A DNA stretch of 24,905 bases from a virus (Duplodnaviria > Caudoviricetes): positions 1-24,905 of the IMG/VR virus record IMGVR_UViG_3300006802_000519; one strand, written 5' to 3'. Positions 1-7,991 of the stretch are shown piece by piece; the stretch's first letter is position 1, and each line of letters starts with the position of its first letter. The notes under the pieces are model-generated. The model searched no databases. It was given only the letters and a program-made list of their open reading frames with translations, and had not been told where the DNA came from. The position numbers and the translations under genes were made by a program.

Positions 1-342
1 CAGCTGCCCACTAGACCCTCCGACTAATGCCACGGTGCCCGTTGCGTCAGGCAGCGAAATCGTGCGGTTTGCAGTCGGTGTGATTGTTTGGAGGGTTGTA
101 GTAAACACCCCTCCGTCGTCTAAGTTAATGTCTCCCTTGACGATTGCTGTACCGGGATCGGCGCTACTTACGCCAACAGTGAGCGTGTTGGTTGTTTTGT
201 TGTAAGTAAGGCCACTGTCGCCGCCAAAGACGCCGCCGTCATTGAATTGGACCTGGGTGGTGCTGCCACCAGGAGTACCTCCTCCTCCTCCAGTGCCGAC
301 GTTATCAAGGGTGCCTGTAAACGGATTGAATTTGTATCCCAT
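1..342 (-). CDS. Tail fibre-like virion protein, runs off the left edge (3'-truncated)
   Basis: ATG at 342, open to base 1 and not in the ORF track. Translates MGYKFNPFTGTLDNVGTGGGGGTPGGSTTQVQFNDGGVFGGDSGLTYNKTT...TPTANRTISLPDATGTVAL. The QVQFNDGG and RTISLPDATGTVAL motifs are typical of phage fibre proteins. Confidence 0.75.
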   Translation of the reverse strand, partial: MGYKFNPFTGTLDNVGTGGGGGTPGGSTTQVQFNDGGVFGGDSGLTYNKTTNTLTVGVSSADPGTAIVKGDINLDDGGVFTTTLQTITPTANRTISLPDATGTVALVGGSSGQL

Positions 343-344
343 GA

Positions 345-560
345 TCAGGACTTAGCAACGGAAGCTAGTTCGCCGCCGGAATAGGTGAGGACTAAAGTTG
401 CCACGGTGTCACCACCTGAACCACCGACCTTAAAAGTAATCGTTTGGGTTCCGTTTGTAGGAGTCGCCACTGGAGAAAATGAAATATAATCGTGCAGGGG
501 GACATTCAAACCTGCCATCGTAACGACAGGTTTTGTGCCGGTATTAACGTTGACAGGCAT
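345..560 (-). CDS. Small beta-rich hypothetical virion protein (71 aa)
   Basis: Stop lies 2 nt before the next ATG. Thr/Gly/Val-rich. TAGAAT -10-like box at 583-588. Confidence 0.65.
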   Translation of the reverse strand: MPVNVNTGTKPVVTMAGLNVPLHDYISFSPVATPTNGTQTITFKVGGSGGDTVATLVLTYSGGELASVAKS

Positions 561-603
561 GCTCTTAACTTAATCTGTTACGATTCTACTTTGAACAAAC
601 AGA

Positions 604-1059
604 TCAGCAGCCTAAATTGGATTTAAGCAGCCACTGATATTTTTTGTGTGCCCGCCCACGTTCAACGGCGAGGTCGAGCGTCAGCTGATCACCAATTGCT
701 TCAGCTTGCGTAGCAATGCTAACAAACGTTTCTGCAAGCGTGTTGGTGTTCGCCGCCAGGGAGCTGATCAATCCCTCTTGATCGAAGCAATCTTCTGGCA
801 ACCTGGGGAGAGAAGAGTAGTTCAAATCTTCAACAGTCTTTGGCGCTGCAATGTCCAGAGAACGGAGGTGCTCAGCAATCGTATCAAGACCACCCTGCAG
901 TTCTTCGTACATCGACTCAGTCAGTTTATGAATCGAGTAGAACTTACAGCCGATCAAGTTCCAGTGAACAATGTAGGTCTGATTGAGGAGGTAAGATGTG
1001 TCGCGCAATGCCTGCACCAGGGCGGCATAACAAGGGGTTTTCTTGTCGGGTTTAGCCAT
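604..1059 (-). CDS. dps: Dps / ferritin-like DNA protection protein
   Basis: HWNLIGCKFYSIHKLTESMYEELQGGLDTIAEHLRSL matches the Dps ferroxidase signature (HW..G..F...H...D...E). C-terminal HKKYQWLL. 151 aa. Confidence 0.9.
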   Translation of the reverse strand: MAKPDKKTPCYAALVQALRDTSYLLNQTYIVHWNLIGCKFYSIHKLTESMYEELQGGLDTIAEHLRSLDIAAPKTVEDLNYSSLPRLPEDCFDQEGLISSLAANTNTLAETFVSIATQAEAIGDQLTLDLAVERGRAHKKYQWLLKSNLGC

Positions 1060-1064
1060 TTAAA

Positions 1065-1352
1065 TCACCACTTTGTCTTGTTGCTCCAGTAGCGGGCCGA
1101 CATGATGTCTGGATTTGGATCCTGGGCATTATGTCTAGCATAGTACGACCTCTTACGGGCTTTATCTTCTTCTGTTTTTGGATGTTTTCCAGCCCCTTCT
1201 ACGCCTTGCTGACCAAAACGAATGATCTTTTCTTCCCCATTTTTACAAGCCTTGACAACATGGGACTTTGTCGGATGGCCTGGAGTGCGCTGAGGCTTGT
1301 TGCACTTCATGTGCTCCTTGGCCAGCTGCTTGGCTTTTGCTCGTTTAGACAT
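1065..1352 (-). CDS. Small basic hypothetical phage protein
   Basis: 95 aa, K/R-rich. KIIRFGQQG...RKRSYYARH...SARYWS motif of a kind seen in small viral proteins. Tight operon spacing. Confidence 0.75.
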   Translation of the reverse strand: MSKRAKAKQLAKEHMKCNKPQRTPGHPTKSHVVKACKNGEEKIIRFGQQGVEGAGKHPKTEEDKARKRSYYARHNAQDPNPDIMSARYWSNKTKW

Positions 1353-1354
1353 GC

Positions 1355-1510
1355 TTAGATCTGAGCAACACCGGTGTTGATTTTGGTTCGGAAGTCCTCA
1401 GGTACTTCACCTTTGGCCAGCTGATCAAAGCGAGAGGGAATACGCTTTTCTTGCAAGTCAGCAATGTCTAAGTACTCAGCAAGAAACTGCTTTGAGTCTT
1501 TAGCTGGCAA
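1355..1510 (-). CDS. Small hypothetical protein (51 aa, not in ORF track)
   Basis: TTG at 1510 overlaps the end of the HNH gene. MPAKDSKQFLAEYLDIADLQEKRIPSRFDQLAKGEVPEDFRTKINTGVAQI*. Fills the gap exactly; stop is 2 nt before the next ATG. Confidence 0.6.
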   Translation of the reverse strand: MPAKDSKQFLAEYLDIADLQEKRIPSRFDQLAKGEVPEDFRTKINTGVAQI

Positions 1511-1910
1511 CCCATCCGATGTAAAAGTCACTGGCGATATACGGAGTAGCCGTTTCAGTGGCTGGTAGTTTCATGGAGCAAGGCTTTTGCTCCATCCACT
1601 GTTTTAGTTTAACAAGTCTATCATCGGAGAAATTCCGATTACTCTCATCATACCAGACCTGGAGAGGCGTGGATCCTTTGGATCTATTACAACCTGAACA
1701 ACAGCAAGCCATGTTGCTCTTCACATTGTGTCCGCCTTTATGTTTCGGCACGATGTGATCAATGGTAGCTGTATCTTCGTTTAACTGTTTATCACAGTAA
1801 GCACATTTCCATTCCCAAGCTTCAAAGATGTGCTGCCTAAACTTTCGACGTGCATGTTTCGGAGTAAGAACAATGAGGTTGGCTAGAAGGTCTTGCTCGC
1901 ATTGGAACAT
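1500..1910 (-). CDS. HNH endonuclease
   Basis: CAYC...TIDHIVPKHKGGHNVKSNMACCCSGCNRSKG. Start placed at ATG 1910 (1919 also possible) because the longer ORF runs into the tRNA. Confidence 0.88.
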   Translation of the reverse strand: MFQCEQDLLANLIVLTPKHARRKFRQHIFEAWEWKCAYCDKQLNEDTATIDHIVPKHKGGHNVKSNMACCCSGCNRSKGSTPLQVWYDESNRNFSDDRLVKLKQWMEQKPCSMKLPATETATPYIASDFYIGWVAS

Positions 1911-1961
1911 GGTCGTCATGAATCCATGACAAGACTCTATGGTGCATACACCTTCCCTTTG

Positions 1962-1970
1962 TGCTATCCT
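1962..1970 (+). promoter_or_regulatory. Putative extended -10 promoter for the tRNA pair
   Basis: TGcTATCCT ends 10 nt upstream of tRNA-Leu. Confidence 0.4.
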
Positions 1971-1980
1971 TTCGTTGTAA

Positions 1981-2066
1981 GCCCCGGTGGTGGAAGCTGG
2001 TAGACACAACGAGTTTAAGCCTCGTTGCCGAAAGGCGTGCAGGATCGTGGCCTGTCCGGGGTACCA
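1981..2066 (+). tRNA. trnL: tRNA-Leu(UAA), long variable arm, encoded CCA
   Basis: Acceptor GCCCCGG/CCGGGGT + ACCA. Anticodon arm ACGAG-TT[TAA]GC-CTCGT. Variable arm GCC-GAAA-GGC. T arm GCAGG-ATCGTGG-CCTGT. Confidence 0.9.
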
Positions 2067-2138
2067 CGGGGATTAGCTCAGAGGAAGAGCGCTGTCTTTG
2101 GGAGGCAGCTGCCGCAGGTTCGACCCCTGCATCCCCGA
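2067..2138 (+). tRNA. trnP: tRNA-Pro(UGG), no encoded CCA
   Basis: Acceptor CGGGGAT/ATCCCCG + A73 (C1:G72 Pro identity). D arm GCTC/GAGC. Anticodon arm CTGTC-TT[TGG]GA-GGCAG. T arm GCAGG-TTCGACC-CCTGC. Confidence 0.93.
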
Positions 2139-2139
2139 C

Positions 2140-2358
2140 TTAATTGATACAATCAGCTTCATCTTCTGCTGGATCATACTCAGCATCTTCGAGAAGCTTT
2201 AGCAGGAAGTAATGCAGTTTATCTATAACCCACCGAATATCTTCATCCGATACATCACGGACGATCGCATTAAGCCGCAGTTCCCTGGAGGGTTCACGAA
2301 TAAAGTCTGTGATCAGCTCCAGGGCACGGTAACGTCCTTTGGTAAAGTCTCCCAGCAT
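2140..2358 (-). CDS. Hypothetical protein (72 aa)
   Basis: ATG at 2358 in a TGATG overlap with the upstream stop, preceded by GGAG. MLGDFTKGRYRALELI..., acidic C-terminus. Confidence 0.65.
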   Translation of the reverse strand: MLGDFTKGRYRALELITDFIREPSRELRLNAIVRDVSDEDIRWVIDKLHYFLLKLLEDAEYDPAEDEADCIN

Positions 2359-2558
2359 CAGCTGGCTCCAGCAACATCGGCGTTGCAATCAGTCAACAGC
2401 ACATCTTTCTTTAAGACATCAATGATTTCAAGCGCACCCTGAACTTTCAGGAAGCCTTCCTTTAAGGTCACGAGGTCCGCTTCCATCACTTTGATTTTTG
2501 TGTTGAGGTCAGACAGTTGCCCCTGCAGCCCTTGTTCAATTTGCTCGATCTTGCGCAT
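2358..2558 (-). CDS. Small coiled-coil protein
   Basis: Heptad pattern (IEQIEQGLQGQLSDLNTKIKVMEADL...LKVQGALEII). Overlaps the endolysin 3' end. Confidence 0.7.
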   Translation of the reverse strand: MRKIEQIEQGLQGQLSDLNTKIKVMEADLVTLKEGFLKVQGALEIIDVLKKDVLLTDCNADVAGAS

Positions 2559-3816
2559 GATCGCTTTGTTTCTTCTTGAAGTTTAACCAGCACCACCCAT
2601 TACCGTCTCCGCCAACAAAGAGTCGTGGGTTCAAATTCTTGAAGCTGTAGTGAATGTTCTTGCCAGCAGTGGCGCTGGTGTTGGCCCAGGAACCACCAAC
2701 CAAATCAAGTTCTCCGTATGGATCCTGCACTAGCCAATAGTCCTTGCCATAACCAGTAATAACCACGAAGTGGCCAGTACCAGTAGGCTGATCGACAGTT
2801 CCATGATGAAGAATACCAGCAACGACAGGTCGGCCTTGATCGATCTCGTCTTTAACATCTTGTATATTCACCGCTAGAGAGAACCTAGCATACGCCCCGA
2901 GCTCTGCAAGGGCTTGTTTGTGCGGTTCCCGGTGAGTTGTATCACCATATTTCTTTACGTACTTTAGGTAGTCGACGTCATCGTTAATTCCCGGTACATC
3001 CATGTACTTTAAGCACATGGCGACACAACTGGTTTGGCACTGGCGCCATCCTTCTGGGCCATTGTCCTGCTGGTAGAAGTATGGAAAGTTGCGAAGGTAA
3101 CGTAAATCTCCCTGAACAGCGTACGGCTTGATCTCTGTCTGCGTTGTAAGTCCTGTCCAGTGTTCGTCGTAAACCCACCAACGACCGAGGCCGAATCCTA
3201 GCTCCAGGTACGTGTGCTTATTTTTACGCTCTAGGACCGTGCAATTCCGGATAACACGGGATTGCATGACCTTGGCACGCTGATCGCTGCTCAGCTGCTC
3301 AGAAGGGATGGGCTCCTTCTTTAGTAGTGTGTGTTTTAGAGCGGTGATTGTAACAGTTCCGGTTAGAGGCTTGGGAGGTGGCGTACAGAAGAGTTCAACC
3401 TCCTGCATCCGGCGCCTGGTCAACCCTTCAAGAGTTTTATTTTTATCACCTTTATTCCAGCGGGGCAGCTCTTCTTTTGCAACTACAGACGGATCCTGTC
3501 CTTCATTAAGTCGCTTCCGCAAGGTTGATGCTTCCAAAGCACCAGCGCCAACATTAAACGTGAAAGAAACCAGCGCATCAAACTGATACTGGTTTAACTT
3601 GACATTAATAAGGCGATTAACAGCTTCTTCAAACTTAGCAAGATCCTTTTTCAGTACAACTTCGGCTTGTTGCGTAGTGTACCAAGTGCCCTTAACAACG
3701 TCTGGCCCTGTATGACCGTAGCCTACAGTCCAGACGTTGACGGCATCGAGGTACGCTTCATTACGAATGCCCTCAAAAGCTTTAATGAGGTCTACACCAG
3801 CCTGTGAAGTCTTCAT
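2536..3816 (-). CDS. Modular endolysin: GH24 lysozyme + linker/binding domain + C39-like peptidase
   Basis: FEGIRNEAYLDAVNVWTVGYGHT (E-x8-D-x5-T), QFDALVSFTFNVG and GLTRRR mark GH24. QCQTSCVAM, GHFVVITGY and LVQDPYG mark a Cys-His-Asp C39 triad. Confidence 0.92.
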   Translation of the reverse strand: MKTSQAGVDLIKAFEGIRNEAYLDAVNVWTVGYGHTGPDVVKGTWYTTQQAEVVLKKDLAKFEEAVNRLINVKLNQYQFDALVSFTFNVGAGALEASTLRKRLNEGQDPSVVAKEELPRWNKGDKNKTLEGLTRRRMQEVELFCTPPPKPLTGTVTITALKHTLLKKEPIPSEQLSSDQRAKVMQSRVIRNCTVLERKNKHTYLELGFGLGRWWVYDEHWTGLTTQTEIKPYAVQGDLRYLRNFPYFYQQDNGPEGWRQCQTSCVAMCLKYMDVPGINDDVDYLKYVKKYGDTTHREPHKQALAELGAYARFSLAVNIQDVKDEIDQGRPVVAGILHHGTVDQPTGTGHFVVITGYGKDYWLVQDPYGELDLVGGSWANTSATAGKNIHYSFKNLNPRLFVGGDGNGWCWLNFKKKQSDHAQDRAN

Positions 3817-3840
3817 TTTTCTATATCCTATAAAGGAATA

Positions 3841-4314
3841 TTACTCTGCGTCACCACTGGGCTGCTGCGGCCAGGTGGAGTAATCAGGACTTGTAACGTA
3901 AATAGCAAGCTCTTCCGTTGTAGTCGTTGACTCAATGTCAGAAACTTTTTGATTCGCAGCCAATCTTATATCTTCTCGCCATGTCTTCATGTTCGCCGGA
4001 CATGGATTGCCATTGTCAACCTCTCGGATGATCATCCAGTCAGTAGGAAACAGTAAGGTATTGGCAGTGGTTCGAGTTTGGCTTGACCAAAGAGTCACAA
4101 GTTGACCGTGATCCTTAGGAATCAGATTTGCATCTTGATCGTACCCCCAGTAGAAACGCTGGTCGTAGTAGGGGGGCTCTGGTGCTTCGGTGATGCCTAC
4201 GGCAAGTCGCTCTTCCGGCGTTGCACAGCGCAACCAGTTTGCAGGGTATTGCGTTCCGTCAGGACCTGTAAATGGAACGTCAAGCACCAGAGGACGGCCG
4301 TCTAATACGAACAT
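3841..4314 (-). CDS. Tail fibre assembly chaperone-like protein
   Basis: QYPANWLR...YDQRFYW and ANTLLFPTDWMIIR...WREDIR...TWP motifs. Lies downstream of the tail fibre gene. Confidence 0.75.
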   Translation of the reverse strand: MFVLDGRPLVLDVPFTGPDGTQYPANWLRCATPEERLAVGITEAPEPPYYDQRFYWGYDQDANLIPKDHGQLVTLWSSQTRTTANTLLFPTDWMIIREVDNGNPCPANMKTWREDIRLAANQKVSDIESTTTTEELAIYVTSPDYSTWPQQPSGDAE

Positions 4315-4320
4315 GTTTCT

Positions 4321-4349
4321 ACCTGTTTAGTTTCATTATACAAACAGGT
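4321..4349 (-). promoter_or_regulatory. Inverted repeat enclosing a TATAAT box and overlapping the RBS of the chaperone gene
   Basis: Minus strand reads ACCTGTTT-G-TATAAT-GAAACT-AAACAGGT-AGAAAC-ATG. Confidence 0.55.
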
Positions 4350-4403
4350 TTCGCGCCTGCGTCCAATAAAGTGTTAGTGTTGTCTCGTGCCACAACATTA
4401 CTC

Positions 4404-4625
4404 ATGACTGACGAAGAAATCCGTTACCTGATGTATGAGTACGCAGATTGCTTCTCGACGTCAATTCATTTTACGGAGCAAGGAGTTATCGATTTTGCTA
4501 GAGCCGTGCTGAACCACACAGGAAACGCAATCGACTCAGTAAAAGAAAAGCCCCTTGAATACGAAGAGGCTTTAACTGCATTCAACAATGCGGTTGATAA
4601 GTACAAAATTTCCTGCCAATCATAG
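4404..4625 (+). CDS. Hypothetical protein (73 aa), opposite strand
   Basis: ATG at 4404, MTDEEI...IDFARAVL. Fills the gap between two minus-strand genes. TGtTAGTGT upstream. Confidence 0.65.
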   Translation: MTDEEIRYLMYEYADCFSTSIHFTEQGVIDFARAVLNHTGNAIDSVKEKPLEYEEALTAFNNAVDKYKISCQS

Positions 4626-4665
4626 AGGCTTTTTCTGACACAGGCGCACTGCAACTTACGTGATC

Positions 4666-6993
4666 TTAGCGCGCCCTACTCGTCTGAAACGGCGACTCGG
4701 CGAAGGCGGCGTAGATGTAAGTATCCGAGCTGCCATTAGCGTTTGTATTGGTGACCCTCAACTTAAACCCATTGCTCAAGAAATCACAGTCACCTCCAGC
4801 GTTTTCGATGGCACTGGAATTAGCGCTCAGCGTACCAGCCGTGTAGTTGTACGGGATACGAGATGAGTCCCAGATCCACCAGTCGCCATTTGTTGCGGCC
4901 GTTGTTCTCTTAACGATTAAGTACCTCGGCCTGAACGCGGTGTAAACAAACGGCCCGTCCGTATTGCCATTGCCGGTGTAGCTGCCGAACGCGCTGTACC
5001 CGGCTACTGGAGCGAAACAGTACGCGACGTATGTGAGCGCGCCGCCATTGACATGGCTATCACCTGCAACAGTAAAGACGCTGGCTGTAGGGTTTGTCGT
5101 GTTCCAGAGGTTTGGAGATGTCGCAGGGGCGTTTGTGGTGTTCAGGTACAGGTATTGCCCAGCCGTCAGACTCGTATGCTTTACTGCCCAGTCGTCGGCG
5201 TTGGAGCGGCATTTAACGATGATCATGGACGGCGTCACGCCAAGCCCGTGTCCGACTGTTCGCGTTCCCCCAATTCCGGTGTACGTCACCACTGAGAACC
5301 CCGCACTAGGATTGGCCCTCACCGTAGAAGTGATGCTGCCTTGTGTGTCGACAACATTAGACGAACCAGCGTCCCAGCACCAGGCGACATAGGTTGCACT
5401 ACTGGTGTTAACCTTGGCCAGTGTACCAACGTTAAAACCGTTGCTGTTAAATGCTGTTAAACCCTGCGTTTGAGTTGTTTCAGCGGCAGTACTGTTACCG
5501 ACCAGATCAAGGGTCGCCCCACGCAAAGCATCGTACAGAGCGTGATCGGTGGCTCCAGATCTGCCTTTAATCCATACAAAATCTGGATTAAATCCTAGCG
5601 AACTTGTTGCTGTTAACGCAGAACCTGTGCCCGTGTACAAGGCAACATCCATCACGGTGGAAGGCTTGGCGATTACTGGAGCTGGCAGGTTGGTATCGCA
5701 CAGTGCTTTAGCGCCAGATGGAGGTGTATATGCCCAAGGTCGTTGACCGAAGTTGACAAACATGTTGCCAGCGTTGGTTCCGTCGCCCCGGTAGCCAAAG
5801 AATAGCGGAGTAGAAACAACGTTTGTGTTCAACGACCATTGAAAGGCTCCGTTCCTGTAAAACGTCAACACTCTTGTGGTTTGATCATAAGCAACGCCGA
5901 GAACATTATTTGCCGATAGCGAAAAAGCCGAAGATCCACTGATCGTTGCCCCGGCCAAGCCGCCCCCGGTGTGCCCACCGGTGTCAAATCGCTTCAGAGC
6001 GTAACTTCCCTGGCCGGCAGATAGCGCCCAAGTAGTTATTCCAAAGGCGCATCCAGGTCCCGAAGTGCTTACGGTGCATTCGGCGTAACTAATTTGACCT
6101 ACGGGAAGCGCGATCGTAGAGAGAGCCTGTCCGCTGGCTGTACTGGCTAGGCGCAGGCCGCCGTTCGTGATCGTAATTCCAGTACCGACGCTGGATGTGT
6201 TGAACGTCGCATAATTCCCCCTCACCTCCCCACCAGCGCCCGTATCAGTGCCGTAGCTGGTGGGGGTGTCTACGAGGGAATCGTTACCACTGCCTGCGGT
6301 GACGCTGAGGTTATTCGGCGTCCAATTATTCGCTGGGGAGTTGCCAGAAGTGTCCTTCCCTAGTGCAGCTGCGGTCGCTGCACTGTTATCTGCGAAGTTC
6401 AGCTCGAACCCGTTGGTGCCGTAGGTGCTGGTGTACGCAATCGGTTGCCATTCACCGTTGGCATCCGTCTGACCAAAGCTGCTGGGGGTTAGGGCTTGGC
6501 CGTCGATGAAGTGGATGTCGGCGAGGTAGCCATTAAAGAAATTGGTCGTATTCGCAGAACCAATCTGATGCGCAACCGCTGTATTAAAAACACTGCTGGT
6601 TGCTGTTACGGTGCCGACGGTAACATTGTTGACGTAGAGCGTGTGCGACGTGCCGCTTTGACGCCAAACAATGTGATACCAGGCCCCAGGGTCACGAAAT
6701 TTTGCCGTCGTTGTTAGGGCACTGACGCCTCCAAATGTAAGGTTTAGAGAATCGCCAGATGTAAAACCAAAACTATGATTCGTTGAGACACCAAAAAGCT
6801 GCTGAGTGCTGCTAAGAACGGAACGCTTTACCCATACTGAAAAAGTAAACGTGCCTTGTGTTGTTGGTGTTCCAAAACTACGCGCACAGTAAGCACTGTC
6901 ACTACTGTTGAAACGAAGTGATCTGCTGATTTGATATCCGCTGCCAGCTGCAGCAGCACCTGCAAGAAGAAGAGTATTATTAAGAACTGTCAT
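4666..6993 (-). CDS. Tail fibre / receptor-binding protein (LamG/ConA-like + SPRY-like + C-terminal beta repeats)
   Basis: SRSLRFNSSDSAY, TFSVWVKRS, FRDPGAWYHIV, FFNGYLADIHFIDGQALTP (LamG-like). RGNYAT...VNFGQRP (SPRY-like). PDFVWIKGR, GFSVVTYTG, YIYAAFAESPF. Confidence 0.85.
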   Translation of the reverse strand: MTVLNNTLLLAGAAAAGSGYQISRSLRFNSSDSAYCARSFGTPTTQGTFTFSVWVKRSVLSSTQQLFGVSTNHSFGFTSGDSLNLTFGGVSALTTTAKFRDPGAWYHIVWRQSGTSHTLYVNNVTVGTVTATSSVFNTAVAHQIGSANTTNFFNGYLADIHFIDGQALTPSSFGQTDANGEWQPIAYTSTYGTNGFELNFADNSAATAAALGKDTSGNSPANNWTPNNLSVTAGSGNDSLVDTPTSYGTDTGAGGEVRGNYATFNTSSVGTGITITNGGLRLASTASGQALSTIALPVGQISYAECTVSTSGPGCAFGITTWALSAGQGSYALKRFDTGGHTGGGLAGATISGSSAFSLSANNVLGVAYDQTTRVLTFYRNGAFQWSLNTNVVSTPLFFGYRGDGTNAGNMFVNFGQRPWAYTPPSGAKALCDTNLPAPVIAKPSTVMDVALYTGTGSALTATSSLGFNPDFVWIKGRSGATDHALYDALRGATLDLVGNSTAAETTQTQGLTAFNSNGFNVGTLAKVNTSSATYVAWCWDAGSSNVVDTQGSITSTVRANPSAGFSVVTYTGIGGTRTVGHGLGVTPSMIIVKCRSNADDWAVKHTSLTAGQYLYLNTTNAPATSPNLWNTTNPTASVFTVAGDSHVNGGALTYVAYCFAPVAGYSAFGSYTGNGNTDGPFVYTAFRPRYLIVKRTTAATNGDWWIWDSSRIPYNYTAGTLSANSSAIENAGGDCDFLSNGFKLRVTNTNANGSSDTYIYAAFAESPFQTSRAR

Positions 6994-7649
6994 TTCACGT
7001 CATTCAGAAGACGAGCAGTAATACGCGTACTTGATTCAACATACCAGCAGAGTACATCCACAGCATTCGCTGTGATCGTTAACGTTGGAGCGGTTCCACC
7101 AGGAAACTTCCAATAAGAACCATAAGCAAGAGTGCGAGATCCGCTTCCATCCTGGGTAATTACAATGACGCCGCTTGAGCCAGAAACTAAATTAGTCGGG
7201 TTTGCAAGAGTTCTATTTCCACCTAGAGTAACAGAAAAATTGCTAAATGCAGAAAAATCAGGCGTAATCGTTGCTGCATCAGTCAAGGAACCAATTAAAG
7301 CAGCTGATCCAGCGCGAACATTTAAAAAGCCATAGGCAGTCGTGGTGCCAGAAGCATCAATAGTTATCCGAGATACGCCACCCGTGACAAGACCAAGTTG
7401 ATCTGGACCAGGGCTGTAGAGTCCTGTATTTGGATCACCTGCGAACTTGATTGCGCATGTTGAAAGAGATCCAGGAGTAAGCTCAATGTTGCTGCCATCT
7501 TCTAAAAGCAGAGGGTATCCACCAGCGGTCGATCCATCATGCACAACACAAACGTGCTTTGTTAGGTCAACGGTAACTTCCCCAATCGCCCCAGCAAATA
7601 CGCTGGTTTCAGCGGTAGTGCCACGTCTAAACTGTACTTGCGTTGCCAT
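6990..7649 (-). CDS. Tail fibre / adaptor protein with Mtd-N-like N-terminus
   Basis: MATQVQFRRGTTAE...GEVTVD...VVHDGSTAGGYPL. C-terminal TLGGNRTLANPTN...QDGSGSRTLAYG. ATGA overlap with the next gene. Confidence 0.8.
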   Translation of the reverse strand: MATQVQFRRGTTAETSVFAGAIGEVTVDLTKHVCVVHDGSTAGGYPLLLEDGSNIELTPGSLSTCAIKFAGDPNTGLYSPGPDQLGLVTGGVSRITIDASGTTTAYGFLNVRAGSAALIGSLTDAATITPDFSAFSNFSVTLGGNRTLANPTNLVSGSSGVIVITQDGSGSRTLAYGSYWKFPGGTAPTLTITANAVDVLCWYVESSTRITARLLNDVK

Positions 7650-7739
7650 GAATAACCGCAGCTACAACTGCAGAAACATTTCTAAACCTTATTATAGGTT
7701 GTCACTTCGTCTAAAATAATAGAAAGCATTTCTTCTGCT

Positions 7740-7991
7740 GTGGAGCTTGAAACGTTAATCGCTATCCTGTCGGGTAGCGCCGGCGCTTTTGCTGGCCTGT
7801 CACGTGCGCTGTCAAACTTTAATAGGAAAATCGAAAAACGCTTTGAGTCAGTTGAGCTGAATTTAGACAACCTGCAGAACCGAGTGATCAGGGACTATGT
7901 TCTAAAAGAAGATTTCCTAAGAGAAATGCAGGCTGTACACAATAAGCTTGACAGAATTCTGGATCACATCTTGACGGCTAATCAACGCTGA
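7740..7991 (+). CDS. Small membrane-anchored coiled-coil protein (holin-like candidate)
   Basis: GTG start. N-terminal hydrophobic LIAILSGSAGAFAGL, then coiled coil, YVLKEDF...KLDRILDHIL. Confidence 0.65.
   Translation: MELETLIAILSGSAGAFAGLSRALSNFNRKIEKRFESVELNLDNLQNRVIRDYVLKEDFLREMQAVHNKLDRILDHILTANQR

Noticed and set aside
1920-2009. Extended HNH N-terminus in the ORF track
   Set aside because: It runs antisense into tRNA-Leu and its promoter.
4666-6993. Diversity-generating retroelement target in the tail fibre
   Set aside because: No reverse transcriptase and no template/variable repeat pair seen in this window.
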